DNA of 64,000 nucleotides from Candidatus Poribacteria bacterium (GTDB lineage: Bacteria > Poribacteria > WGA-4E > WGA-3G): NCBI GenBank assembly GCA_963663765.2, contig CAXXUA010000005.1, forward strand, positions 512,001-576,000, read 5' to 3'. Under the pieces are notes generated by a model. That model saw only the letters and a list, made by a program, of their open reading frames with translations. It did no database searches and had not been told where the DNA came from. Both the position numbers and the translations under genes were made by a program. Below, one piece after another: positions 30,825 to 39,433 of this stretch. How positions within the stretch are numbered: the first letter of the stretch is position 1; each line of letters begins with the position of its first letter.

Positions 30825-31862
30825 TTAATCTCGTCGGTTTTGGTACGTTTCTTTTAGGAAATCATCTAATTCCTCAAAGCTGTCAAAGATACGGTCGCAT
30901 AAGTTTTCAAAGAAGATGCTGCGGGTTTCGTTGTAGACAGCATATACCGGTTTGTTATGTCGTGTTGCGTAGTTCATTTCGCTGAGAACACCTGGCGATA
31001 ATTTGTCTGTGGGATATAGGACAACGACAAAATCGCTTTGGTGAACAAACTGATAGTCTCTTGAGATAGTGCGTGTTTTGATCTGCTCTATTACGTCGTC
31101 GTCTAATTCGCTCATCGTTTCTGGGACATTCAGCATTTCGTCATCTGCCTCTGCTTTTGAGAAGGTGACGAGTGCCATGTCCTTGATTGCGAGTGGGTCA
31201 AAGACGATAAATGAATGACGGAGTTTGTCTCCGAGTTTGCGTATTTTTTGTATCTCCTCTGGCGTGTCTCTTAACAGTGTAATCGGGTAACTCAGGTAAA
31301 ATTTGGGTTTGTCTGAAAAAAGGAGTTCATAGAAGTTTGTGAGTTCGTGTTGTCTTGCGACGGTGTAGTATGGTTTTTCGGTGAGATGTGCGAGGTGTCG
31401 TGTAAGGAATTCTTCTTCGTCTAACCAGACATTGAGTGCAGTTTTTTTAATACCCGACCATTGTGCGTTTTTCTCCATGCGTGTGTATATGTCTGCAATG
31501 TTGTCAACGACGTTGATAAACATATCTGGTGGGAGAATTTCTATGTCTTTGAATGTAAATCCTTCCAGTAGACTTCCTCGCCATCGAAAACATGCGTGTA
31601 GTCCAATGATTGCGTGGTGATATGCTTTTGCGTCTCTTGCAATTTCGTAGAATGCGGTTCGACGTGCTAATGATAGGACAGCTGGGTCTGAGTCGAGGAC
31701 TTTTTGTGTGAAGTGTACGCGTGCTTCTGCTGCGACTCGGTGCATGTAGTCACCTACGTTGAAGAATCCTATGTTGAGTTGTCTTTGTAAGCAGAGCGCT
31801 TCAAAGTCTTTTATGAGTTCTTTGCGTCCTGAGCAGCTGATACCTGTGCAAAATATATTCAT
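30825..31862 (-). CDS. P-loop NMP-kinase-like domain fused to a nucleoside 2-deoxyribosyltransferase-like domain
   Basis: N-terminal TGISCSGRK and HACFRW; C-terminal YLSYPI, RDYQFVHQSD and SPGVLSEMNYA. Confidence 0.65.
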   Translation of the reverse strand: MNIFCTGISCSGRKELIKDFEALCLQRQLNIGFFNVGDYMHRVAAEARVHFTQKVLDSDPAVLSLARRTAFYEIARDAKAYHHAIIGLHACFRWRGSLLEGFTFKDIEILPPDMFINVVDNIADIYTRMEKNAQWSGIKKTALNVWLDEEEFLTRHLAHLTEKPYYTVARQHELTNFYELLFSDKPKFYLSYPITLLRDTPEEIQKIRKLGDKLRHSFIVFDPLAIKDMALVTFSKAEADDEMLNVPETMSELDDDVIEQIKTRTISRDYQFVHQSDFVVVLYPTDKLSPGVLSEMNYATRHNKPVYAVYNETRSIFFENLCDRIFDSFEELDDFLKETYQNRRD

Positions 31863-32197
31863 TGTTTTGTAATTTGTTTATTGTGAATTTTCCTTTATTT
31901 CATCAGACACTATGCGTGAAAAAGTTACCAATTGGACACTTTTTTGTTTTTTGGAAAGGTTTTATCTTTGGCCATAAATCCTGTAGTAGTAAGGGTATAA
32001 AGATGTTTTTATGTATTTTTTGGCAATTGCATGTTTTTTATGTTGGTGAAAGTGTAACATTTTGATTTTTCAACTTTTTGGTCGTATTTTGAGTTAATAT
32101 CAATCATAAGACACTCAATAATAAAGCAGATAATTTTGAACTCTATTAGGAAAAGTCAGAAATTGTCGTAAATATAGCCATTGTGATTTTAGATTAT

Positions 32198-32319
32198 CAG
32201 GACTTACGCACCCAACGGTAGGCGCGCTTTGTAAGCGCGCTGGAAACCGAAAAAATGCTGAAAATTACACCATTTTCGTCATAATTCTTCATCAAATCAT
32301 GAAAACTGCGTAAGTCCTG
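32198..32319. mobile_element. MITE with CAGGACTTACGCA terminal inverted repeats
   Basis: Perfect 13-bp TIR, ATTAT duplicated on both sides, sister copy at 34150-34343. Confidence 0.85.
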
Positions 32320-32360
32320 ATTATATAACAGTATAACTATAATGTCAAATAGATTAAATC

Positions 32361-32390
32361 TTGACAATGTGCGTTTGAGCATGGTATCCT
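32361..32390 (+). promoter_or_regulatory. Sigma70-type promoter for the tmRNA-like gene
   Basis: TTGACA-N18-TATCCT with TG extension, 12 nt upstream of the predicted mature 5' end. Confidence 0.65.
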
Positions 32391-32402
32391 TGAATTCTGC
32401 TC

Positions 32403-32485
32403 GGGGGTGAAAGGATTCGACGGAGGACGAAAGCGTGGTTGCTTTCAATAACTTCCGGATGTGGGTTCAATTCCCACCACCTCCA
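32403..32485 (+). ncRNA. Miniature tmRNA-like RNA (tRNA-like domain only, no tag reading frame)
   Basis: GGGGGTG pairs with CACCTCC, giving G3:U70 and discriminator A; stemless D-loop AAAGGATTCGA; CGGAGG/CTTCCG helix; GAAAGC/GCTTTC hairpin; T-arm GTGGG-TTCAATT-CCCAC. Confidence 0.85.
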
Positions 32486-34137
32486 TTTGCCTTAGTAATT
32501 TGATTTTCCCCAATTGCTTCCCGTGCTTCCAATACCTTTGCCACAACTGTTTTTACGTCTTCTTCATCAACAAACGGGGATAGGATATATGATTTTAGAG
32601 CGACAATCGGCTCTCCGTAAGTAGTTTTACGGTAGCAATCAGTCGTTGAAATAAAAACGCCTCTCCCCTCCATCGCTTCAGAATTCACATATTGAAAGAT
32701 TTCGCGGTTATAATCGTTGTGCGCTATTAAGCTGTCCCGATATTTGACATCCTCAAATTCTTGACTTTTGATTTCAAATGTGTCCACACCAACAGGATAT
32801 GCGCGAAAAAGGGTAACGGTTCCAAAATTCCCTCTGTTTAACACAGTTGTACCTTCGTGTCCTTCCAAATGTTCCCGTAGAAGTTGTGTCATTTCAACGA
32901 TGTGTCCGAGTATAGAACGTAATCCCTCTACTCCGAATAACTTGAGATTCGCAAGTGCTGCAAGCGGTCCTGTCCCAGAACGGGAAGTTTCAAGCGTAAA
33001 CATACCGGGACGATACTGCCCATAATGATAGAGATAAGGCATTTGTTCAGGTGTCCGTTTCAGTAACTCCATATCTGATTTTTCTTTCACAAGGACGAGA
33101 CTTGAAATATAGGGTGTGAAACCTGTTTTGTGGAAATCAATACCTACGGAATCTGCAAGACATAAATGCAGTATTCTTCTGCACGCCCCTGCTATTGCAC
33201 GGATAGTCCGTGGTCGGAAACCTAATGAATTCTGTTCAATGTCATAGTTGTTGAAAACTGACCATGCCCATCCGATAACGGCATCAGCATGGATATGCGG
33301 TTGATAATCCAATTGAAATTCATCAACGAGAATTTCCCGCAACGCAACGATACGCAATAAATTATCTAATCCGAACGCATCGGTAGTACCTAACGTAGCG
33401 ATAATAGCAGCAATCTTTTTACCTTCAGTGAGTGCTTTTCGGAGTTCTTGTTCAAGCAACTCAAGGTTAATCTCGTTTTCAAATGTTGTTGGAATAGTAA
33501 TAAGGTTGTCTGTGCCAATTCCGAGCCAACCGGTTATATTCGCAGCGCAGTAATGTCCCGCATCTGACACGAAGACAACAGCTTCATCGGGTGTACCCTT
33601 GTGCATTGTGTCCGGGCATGCTTTTTCTAACCCGATTTTCACTCCGTAGAGTGTTGTCCCTGTTCCGCCAAAAGTGAATACACCACTCGATTTTTCAGGA
33701 TCGTATCCGATCAATTGTGATGCCATCGCTATGACTTCAACTTCAGCCAATGCCACTAATCGACTGGATTCGTCCCAACATAGGTTCGGATTGTGTAGTG
33801 AAGCAAGGAGTACTCCCATTAAGCTTGGAATTGTTGTGGGACAAACCACGTTCTGTTGCGTGCGAGGATGTCCAAAAATTGTCATTCCTTGAAGGTAACT
33901 CACAAGATCGGTCGTGACCTCCTCAACTGAGGAAACGGAATCCGGCAACTGTGTTTTTCTTGCTGCTTCAAAATCAGCGTTTACAATGCTACCCAGAAAT
34001 GGTAGGTGTGTTTTGAGATCGTCAACCTGATCTAAGGCGCGCATCATGGAATGTATAAAGTATGAATCATGTATGGTATTGGATATTGGCTGGGGAAAGG
34101 CAAGTCTTATTTTTTCTAAAATGGTACGGTATGTCAT
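32467..34137 (-). CDS. Group II PLP-dependent amino-acid decarboxylase
   Basis: FGGTG, GTTDAFG, HADAVIG and DFHKTG (PLP lysine) motifs. Confidence 0.9.
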   Translation of the reverse strand: MTYRTILEKIRLAFPQPISNTIHDSYFIHSMMRALDQVDDLKTHLPFLGSIVNADFEAARKTQLPDSVSSVEEVTTDLVSYLQGMTIFGHPRTQQNVVCPTTIPSLMGVLLASLHNPNLCWDESSRLVALAEVEVIAMASQLIGYDPEKSSGVFTFGGTGTTLYGVKIGLEKACPDTMHKGTPDEAVVFVSDAGHYCAANITGWLGIGTDNLITIPTTFENEINLELLEQELRKALTEGKKIAAIIATLGTTDAFGLDNLLRIVALREILVDEFQLDYQPHIHADAVIGWAWSVFNNYDIEQNSLGFRPRTIRAIAGACRRILHLCLADSVGIDFHKTGFTPYISSLVLVKEKSDMELLKRTPEQMPYLYHYGQYRPGMFTLETSRSGTGPLAALANLKLFGVEGLRSILGHIVEMTQLLREHLEGHEGTTVLNRGNFGTVTLFRAYPVGVDTFEIKSQEFEDVKYRDSLIAHNDYNREIFQYVNSEAMEGRGVFISTTDCYRKTTYGEPIVALKSYILSPFVDEEDVKTVVAKVLEAREAIGENQITKANGGGGN

Positions 34138-34149
34138 TTTTACCTTATA

Positions 34150-34343
34150 CAGAACTTACGCAAAAAAGGTAGGCGGTGAATGCCTAAATGGCATTCATAC
34201 CCGGGGAATGCCTAAATGGCATTCATACCGTTGATTTCTTGATTTGGTGCTTTGTAAGCGCGCTGAAAACCCATAAAAACGCTGACAATTGCATCATTTT
34301 CATCATAATTCTTGATTATATCAAGAAAACTGCGTAAGTCCTG
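34150..34343. mobile_element. MITE of the 32198 family carrying an inserted hairpin repeat
   Basis: CAGAACTTACGCA...TGCGTAAGTCCTG; extra ~70 bp of GAATGCC-TAAAT-GGCATTC units relative to the 32198 copy. Confidence 0.85.
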
Positions 34344-34413
34344 CCTTAAATTAACATGTATAGTTTTTGTGAATTTCTATACATGTCATGGAATATATGT
34401 ATATTTTTTGTAC

Positions 34414-35835
34414 CTGACATACTCCCCAAGCTAAAGCATGGGGGTTCTTAGTTCTTATATTGGAAACGGTTTGAGTTGTTTCCAAACGACTTTTCCTGCT
34501 TCCGTGTCTCGTGCCCTTTCCTGAACAGCGTTGGGTCTTATTTGCACTCCACAGGCGTGACTTTCGGTGTGTCCCACCGTAGTTGGTTTCAAGTTTATTG
34601 CAGCGTTGACATCTCTATCTATAGACATATCACATTGACTGCAGTGATACATTCTTTCTGAAAGTGTTAGGTCTTTCTTTTTGTGTCCACAACCGGAACA
34701 GGTTTTACTACTTGCAAAGAACATATCTGCTTCTTTGACAGGTATACCGCGCACTTCCGCTTTTGTCTTGAGTTTTAGCAGGAAACCGCCTAATGCTGTA
34801 TCTGACAATGCTTTTGCGAGGTTTCTGTTCTTCAGCATATTAGTAACCTTGAGTGTCTCAATACCGATCGCAGATGTGAGGTTGACAATCTCTGTAGTTG
34901 CTTTATGATGAGCATCGTTTCGGATACAAGCGATACGATAGTAGATACGTTCTAACTTGTGTTTTTGTTTGAACCAGTTGTTAGACTTGAAAACTTTTCT
35001 ACTTAATCTACGTTGTTCTCTTGCTAACTTCTTTTCATATCGTTTCAGGGGTCTTGGATTATCATATTTCGTGCCATCACTCAATGTGGCAAGTGTGTTT
35101 ATGCCTACATCTATACCAATCACAGGGTGCGTTGAGTTATCAACTGCTTCGGTGTCCTCTGTTTCTATGGTGATAGATACAAACCAACGATGTGCTGTCC
35201 TTGAGATCGTCACTTTCATAATCTTACCCACAAAACGCAATGATTCAAACATGCTAATCCAACCAATCTTAGGAAGTTTGATACGCTTACCTTCAACTTC
35301 TACAGATTGATTATTTGTGGTGAATGCGTCCTTTTTGCCACGCTTCTTGAACTTCGGAAATCTCGCACGCTTACCAACCCAATTCGCAAGCGCAGCAGAC
35401 AAGTTACCAAATATGCTTTTATTGGCTACAACCTGATCCATATCTTTAGTCCAAGCATGTGCTTTCTTAGCAATATTAAATCGAGTGTTTAACTTCGCAG
35501 CGGATAAGAACTCATCATTTGCCAATGCAGACTTGAAATCTGCTAATGCATGATTATATGCAAATCTCGCATAGCCACACTGTTGTGCAAACCATTTTCG
35601 TTGATTGTTATTTGGATTCAATGCAATCTTATGTGTTTTTAGCATGATCATATTCCAGTCCTATGAAGACGTCAGTTCCCTCTACTAAAGGTGTGTAGGT
35701 GTTAGTAGCACCTACACTGAACTGGTATAATGAGTATCTCATGTTTTAAACCAAAAATCAAGTTTTTTCTTGACACAAGCACTTAGCACGACTACATCCC
35801 ACTACCTAAAGGTAGGGGTTTTGTCGTGATTCTTG
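34414..35835 (-). mobile_element. IS200/IS605-family element with solo tnpB (IS1341-like)
   Basis: Subterminal hairpins CCCCAAGCTAAAGCATGGGG (about 34424) and CCCACTACCTAAAGGTAGGGG (about 35797); ends approximate. Confidence 0.8.
34455..35651 (-). CDS. tnpB: RNA-guided nuclease TnpB
   Basis: HTH_OrfB start; RuvC motifs GIDVG / IETL / DRDVNAA; CSGC...CSQC zinc finger. Confidence 0.95.
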   Translation of the reverse strand: MIMLKTHKIALNPNNNQRKWFAQQCGYARFAYNHALADFKSALANDEFLSAAKLNTRFNIAKKAHAWTKDMDQVVANKSIFGNLSAALANWVGKRARFPKFKKRGKKDAFTTNNQSVEVEGKRIKLPKIGWISMFESLRFVGKIMKVTISRTAHRWFVSITIETEDTEAVDNSTHPVIGIDVGINTLATLSDGTKYDNPRPLKRYEKKLAREQRRLSRKVFKSNNWFKQKHKLERIYYRIACIRNDAHHKATTEIVNLTSAIGIETLKVTNMLKNRNLAKALSDTALGGFLLKLKTKAEVRGIPVKEADMFFASSKTCSGCGHKKKDLTLSERMYHCSQCDMSIDRDVNAAINLKPTTVGHTESHACGVQIRPNAVQERARDTEAGKVVWKQLKPFPI

Positions 35836-35891
35836 ATAATAGGATTAAGGGTGTTTTCTTTTGGTAACACCTTACGAATCAAAATATGTGT

Positions 35892-36986
35892 CTACACATT
35901 TGAGAGCAAGTTCATAAGATTACTATTGATATAATAATATTCTCGTCCGATTTTCTGTCGTTCAAGCAATCCAAATCCTGTTATTTCGTTCAGGTATTTT
36001 GTCGCTGTAATGCGACTACACTGTAGTTCTGCTTCAACAATATTAATCTTGCAGTAAGGCCACTTGAAGAGTAGATCTACAAAACCTTCTCGTTCAATCG
36101 CTTTTGTTTTACCTTGTGCTTGTGTGATTACGTTGTCAATAAGTGTATTAATAGTTTCTATCGTGTCTGCGGTTTCTCGTGAAGTTTGTTCCACTGCTTG
36201 CAAAACGTAAAGTATCCACTGTTCCCATTTTCCTTCTTCTGTTACCTCACGGAGATAACGATAGTACTCTGAACGATTTTGGATAAAGAAACGACTGAGA
36301 TAGAGTATTGGAACATCAAGCAATCCCTGCTGCATCAGATATAGGATATTGAGTATACGTCCTGTCCGTCCGTTTCCATCCGAGAAAGGATGTATTGCTT
36401 CAAATTGATAATGCATGATAGCCATTTTAACAAGCGGTTGCAACCCATTGTCCTCGTTGATGAAGGGCTCAAGGTTGGTTAACAACCTAATGATATTTTC
36501 GTTTCCGGTTGGTGGTGTGTAGATGATCTCACTTGTGGTTGCGTTTTTGATTTTCACTTCATGCCTCCGGACATTCGTCTGAATGTCACGGATACGCGAA
36601 CATATTTGTTCAAGGAGTGGTGTATTGATAATACCACGGTTGCGCATACTATCCATGCCTGTCCATAAAGCCTCCCGGTACCGCAATACCTCTTTGGTAT
36701 GAGGGGAAGTTTGAATCTTATCAGAGGTCATAGCTCGGTACAGTTCATCATTTGTGGTGACGATGTTTTCGATTTCTGAACTCCTACGCGCCTCCTGAAG
36801 TGGTAATGTATGGACCAAAACTGATTCGTTTGGTAGTGTTCTTACCAAAGCATTTGCTTTTGCAAGCTCAGTCATTGAAGATATACATGCCTTAAGTATA
36901 TTACGTGATTCAAGTTCCGCTACGGGTGGAAGTAATGGAATGCCGTTCCACGGAATATCTCGATCAAACTGAACCTTTATTGTCAT
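35892..36986 (-). CDS. Fic family protein (N-terminal inhibitory helix, C-terminal HTH)
   Basis: SSEIEN inhibitory motif; HPFSDGNGRTGR catalytic loop. Confidence 0.93.
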   Translation of the reverse strand: MTIKVQFDRDIPWNGIPLLPPVAELESRNILKACISSMTELAKANALVRTLPNESVLVHTLPLQEARRSSEIENIVTTNDELYRAMTSDKIQTSPHTKEVLRYREALWTGMDSMRNRGIINTPLLEQICSRIRDIQTNVRRHEVKIKNATTSEIIYTPPTGNENIIRLLTNLEPFINEDNGLQPLVKMAIMHYQFEAIHPFSDGNGRTGRILNILYLMQQGLLDVPILYLSRFFIQNRSEYYRYLREVTEEGKWEQWILYVLQAVEQTSRETADTIETINTLIDNVITQAQGKTKAIEREGFVDLLFKWPYCKINIVEAELQCSRITATKYLNEITGFGLLERQKIGREYYYINSNLMNLLSNV

Positions 36987-37007
36987 ATTCCACTGCCTTG
37001 ATAACTA

Positions 37008-37235
37008 ATATGTATACTTTTTGCGGTTTTTTATACATATCATAACCGATATGTATACTTTTTATACATATCATAACCGATATGTATACTTTTTCGCATT
37101 TTTTATACATATCATAACCGATATGTATATTTTCTATACATATCATAACCGATATGTATACTTTTTCGCATTTTTTATCCATATCATGGACAACATGTAT
37201 ATTTTCTATAACAACATGTATATTTTCTATATATG
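37008..37235. repeat. Degenerate tandem array of TATACAT-N-ATGTATA palindromic units upstream of fic
   Basis: TATACATATCATAACCGATATGTATA occurs four times, plus degenerate copies. Confidence 0.9.
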
Positions 37236-37317
37236 TTGAGCTTAGACGTGTTCATCTTTCAATTATCTGTTACACCAAATTACACGGTATTTGACGAAAA
37301 GTAATCCCACGATCCTT

Positions 37318-37454
37318 TATAGTGGATTTTAGAATTATTTTTACACTTTCAGGTGTAGGAGGGAACTCCGATTCCCGACTATCAAGGCGTTCAGTCGCGA
37401 TTCGGAGATCGCTCCTACAGAAGAGGTGTAAACTTAATTGTATATTTCACTATA
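37318..37454. mobile_element. Correia-like MITE with internal REP-like GTAGG...CCTAC hairpin
   Basis: Imperfect TIRs TATAGTGGATTTTAGAATTA / TAATTGTATATTTCACTATA; hairpin at 37355-37418. Confidence 0.65.
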
Positions 37455-37542
37455 ACAACCCACTGCTAAGTTGCGTGCGCCGCAATGTATAATTCTCCTA
37501 CCTTCATGATACGGCAAACGGTTGATGAGTTCATCGTTAAGG

Positions 37543-37625
37543 ACTTCGTCTTTAACGAGTAGCGCGACAATATCAAAAAGACCTGGTCCGAAAAAAGTCC
37601 CGTTAGTGAGATCCGCAACACCTGC
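37543..37625 (-). repeat. Degenerate stranded duplicate of the gltX 3' end
   Basis: Encodes QVLRISLTG/FFGPGLFDIVALLVKDEV (one frameshift), against [28 protein letters not shown] at 40883-40966. Confidence 0.85.
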
Positions 37626-37745
37626 CTTGCCGTAACTAGCTAGTGTGGATCAATAGTCAGAGTCATAGTACCCACTGCCTAAAGGCAGGGGCTTGTGTTT
37701 CCTTGCGGACAGCCGATCTAAGCTACGTCTTACGTCTGCTCCACT

Positions 37746-38858
37746 TTAGGCAGCTAAGCCTGCCTGTTTGATATTTATTGCGGCGTTTATGTCTCTATCG
37801 TGTTCGGTTTTGCACGTAGGACATGTCCAGTGTCTATCTGCAAGTGTTAGATTGCCGTTTTTGCGTCCACAGCTGCTACAAGGTTTTGTTGTGGAATCCC
37901 ATTGCCTAATTTGAACAAGTTTTTTATCATGTTTTGCACACTTGAATTCCAACAATTGAACAAACTGATAGAAAGCGAGATCACTCACTTTTCGTCCCCA
38001 GAGGCGTTTCATGCCGTCTATATTGAGGGTTTCAAAGCACAAGGTATCAAAATGTCTGCAAAGGTCTGTAGCAAGTTTCCATTGCCAATCTAACCTCTGT
38101 CTTGATACTTTCCTATATTCTCTTGACAATGCACGCTTAGCACCATACCAGTTATTAGAACCCTTGACTTTTCTACTAAAAGACTTGTTCAAAGTTCGCA
38201 ACTTATTCAGTGATTGTTTCAGATATTGTGGTGATTGTATTTTGTTTCCATCTGAGCTTGTGAGATATGTTTTCAATCCGAAATCAAAGCCAGCACTTTC
38301 ACCTGTCTTTGCTATGGGTTTCGGTGTGTCAACATTATCACAGGAAAAACATATCCAGTAATCGCCACACTTGTCACGCTTGATAGTAATTGTTTTGATA
38401 TCACCTGTTATTTCACGATGTTTATGAAAGGAAAACCACGTATCTATACAGTTGATCTTGATACGGTTCCCTTCAAGTTTATAACCTGCCTGTGTAAAGG
38501 TCATAGAGTTGTATTTGTGTTGGGGTTTGATTTTCGGTCTACCTACTTTGCGCGTTGTTTTGTCTGATACTCGTTCTTTGATATTCCGAAAGAACGCATC
38601 ATACGCTTTGCCCATACGCAGCACAACGTCTTGCACAACTTGACTCGGTAAGTCTGCCCAATGAGGCTTTGTTCGCTTTTTCAACTTCGCAACATGAGCA
38701 TTCATTCTATAGGCAGATATGTTTTTGCCATACATACGGTAATATCTACGCTGCAACCGCATAATATGCACATGAATCTGGTGCATATCGTCAAGCATAT
38801 TGCCTAACTTGATTGTGTTCTTTTGATTTTGTAGCTTGTATTTATAGGTCTTTTTCAT
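37746..38858 (-). CDS. tnpB: RNA-guided nuclease TnpB
   Basis: RuvC motifs GFDFG / FETL / DRDINAA; CSSC...CPTC zinc finger. Confidence 0.95.
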   Translation of the reverse strand: MKKTYKYKLQNQKNTIKLGNMLDDMHQIHVHIMRLQRRYYRMYGKNISAYRMNAHVAKLKKRTKPHWADLPSQVVQDVVLRMGKAYDAFFRNIKERVSDKTTRKVGRPKIKPQHKYNSMTFTQAGYKLEGNRIKINCIDTWFSFHKHREITGDIKTITIKRDKCGDYWICFSCDNVDTPKPIAKTGESAGFDFGLKTYLTSSDGNKIQSPQYLKQSLNKLRTLNKSFSRKVKGSNNWYGAKRALSREYRKVSRQRLDWQWKLATDLCRHFDTLCFETLNIDGMKRLWGRKVSDLAFYQFVQLLEFKCAKHDKKLVQIRQWDSTTKPCSSCGRKNGNLTLADRHWTCPTCKTEHDRDINAAINIKQAGLAA

Positions 38859-39274
38859 TGTCCGCTTTGACTTTCAATATAGTCTTTTATAACTTCAAGG
38901 GTTACACCACCACAAGAACTAACGAATTTTGAACGTGTCCATAAAGACGGCAAGCGACTTTTCAAACTCGGATATTCTTCACGTAGAACTTTTGACGTAT
39001 AAGCTTTGATTTTACCGATAACTTTATCAATAGAATCTGTTGGGGGTATTTCTATCAGTAAATGGACATGTTCAAGGTGCGTTTCAACTTCCCTGATATG
39101 ATACCTATATTCGTCCTGTTTTTCTTGTATAAGTTGTTTGAGTCTGCCTTGTATCTGTGCATCTAAAACTTTACGACGATACTTGGTACACCAAATTACG
39201 TGATATTGACAACTATAGATTGTCTTATTTGTTGTTCTATAATCACGTCTTTTATTTGATATTTTGAGTGGCAT
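38855..39274 (-). CDS. tnpA: Y1 (HUH) transposase TnpA
   Basis: YHVIWCTKYR, HVH (HUH), LWTRS and YIESQ motifs. Confidence 0.95.
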   Translation of the reverse strand: MPLKISNKRRDYRTTNKTIYSCQYHVIWCTKYRRKVLDAQIQGRLKQLIQEKQDEYRYHIREVETHLEHVHLLIEIPPTDSIDKVIGKIKAYTSKVLREEYPSLKSRLPSLWTRSKFVSSCGGVTLEVIKDYIESQSGQ

Positions 39275-39433
39275 AATATATAACCTTATTATATTAGTGT
39301 ATAGCATATTAAATCATATATTGATTAGATTGTCAAATATATTTTAGGTTAGTATATTAGCCATCTACATCCCACAAGCTAAAGCATGGGGATTTGACGG
39401 AATAGTGTTAACATCTCTTCCACAGGATAAGTT

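Larger units (their letters stand above)
37662..39407 (-). mobile_element. IS200/IS605-family element (tnpA + tnpB)
   Basis: Hairpins CCCACTGCCTAAAGGCAGGGG (about 37671) and CCCACAAGCTAAAGCATGGGG (about 39371); ends approximate. Confidence 0.85.

Noticed and set aside
32403-32485. Ordinary tRNA-Ala or permuted two-piece tmRNA
   Set aside because: There is no D-stem and no canonical 7-nt anticodon loop. The 5' and 3' parts are in standard order, not permuted.
36964-37239. Short ORFs on both strands upstream of fic
   Set aside because: They derive from the tandem palindromic array and have no recognisable domain.
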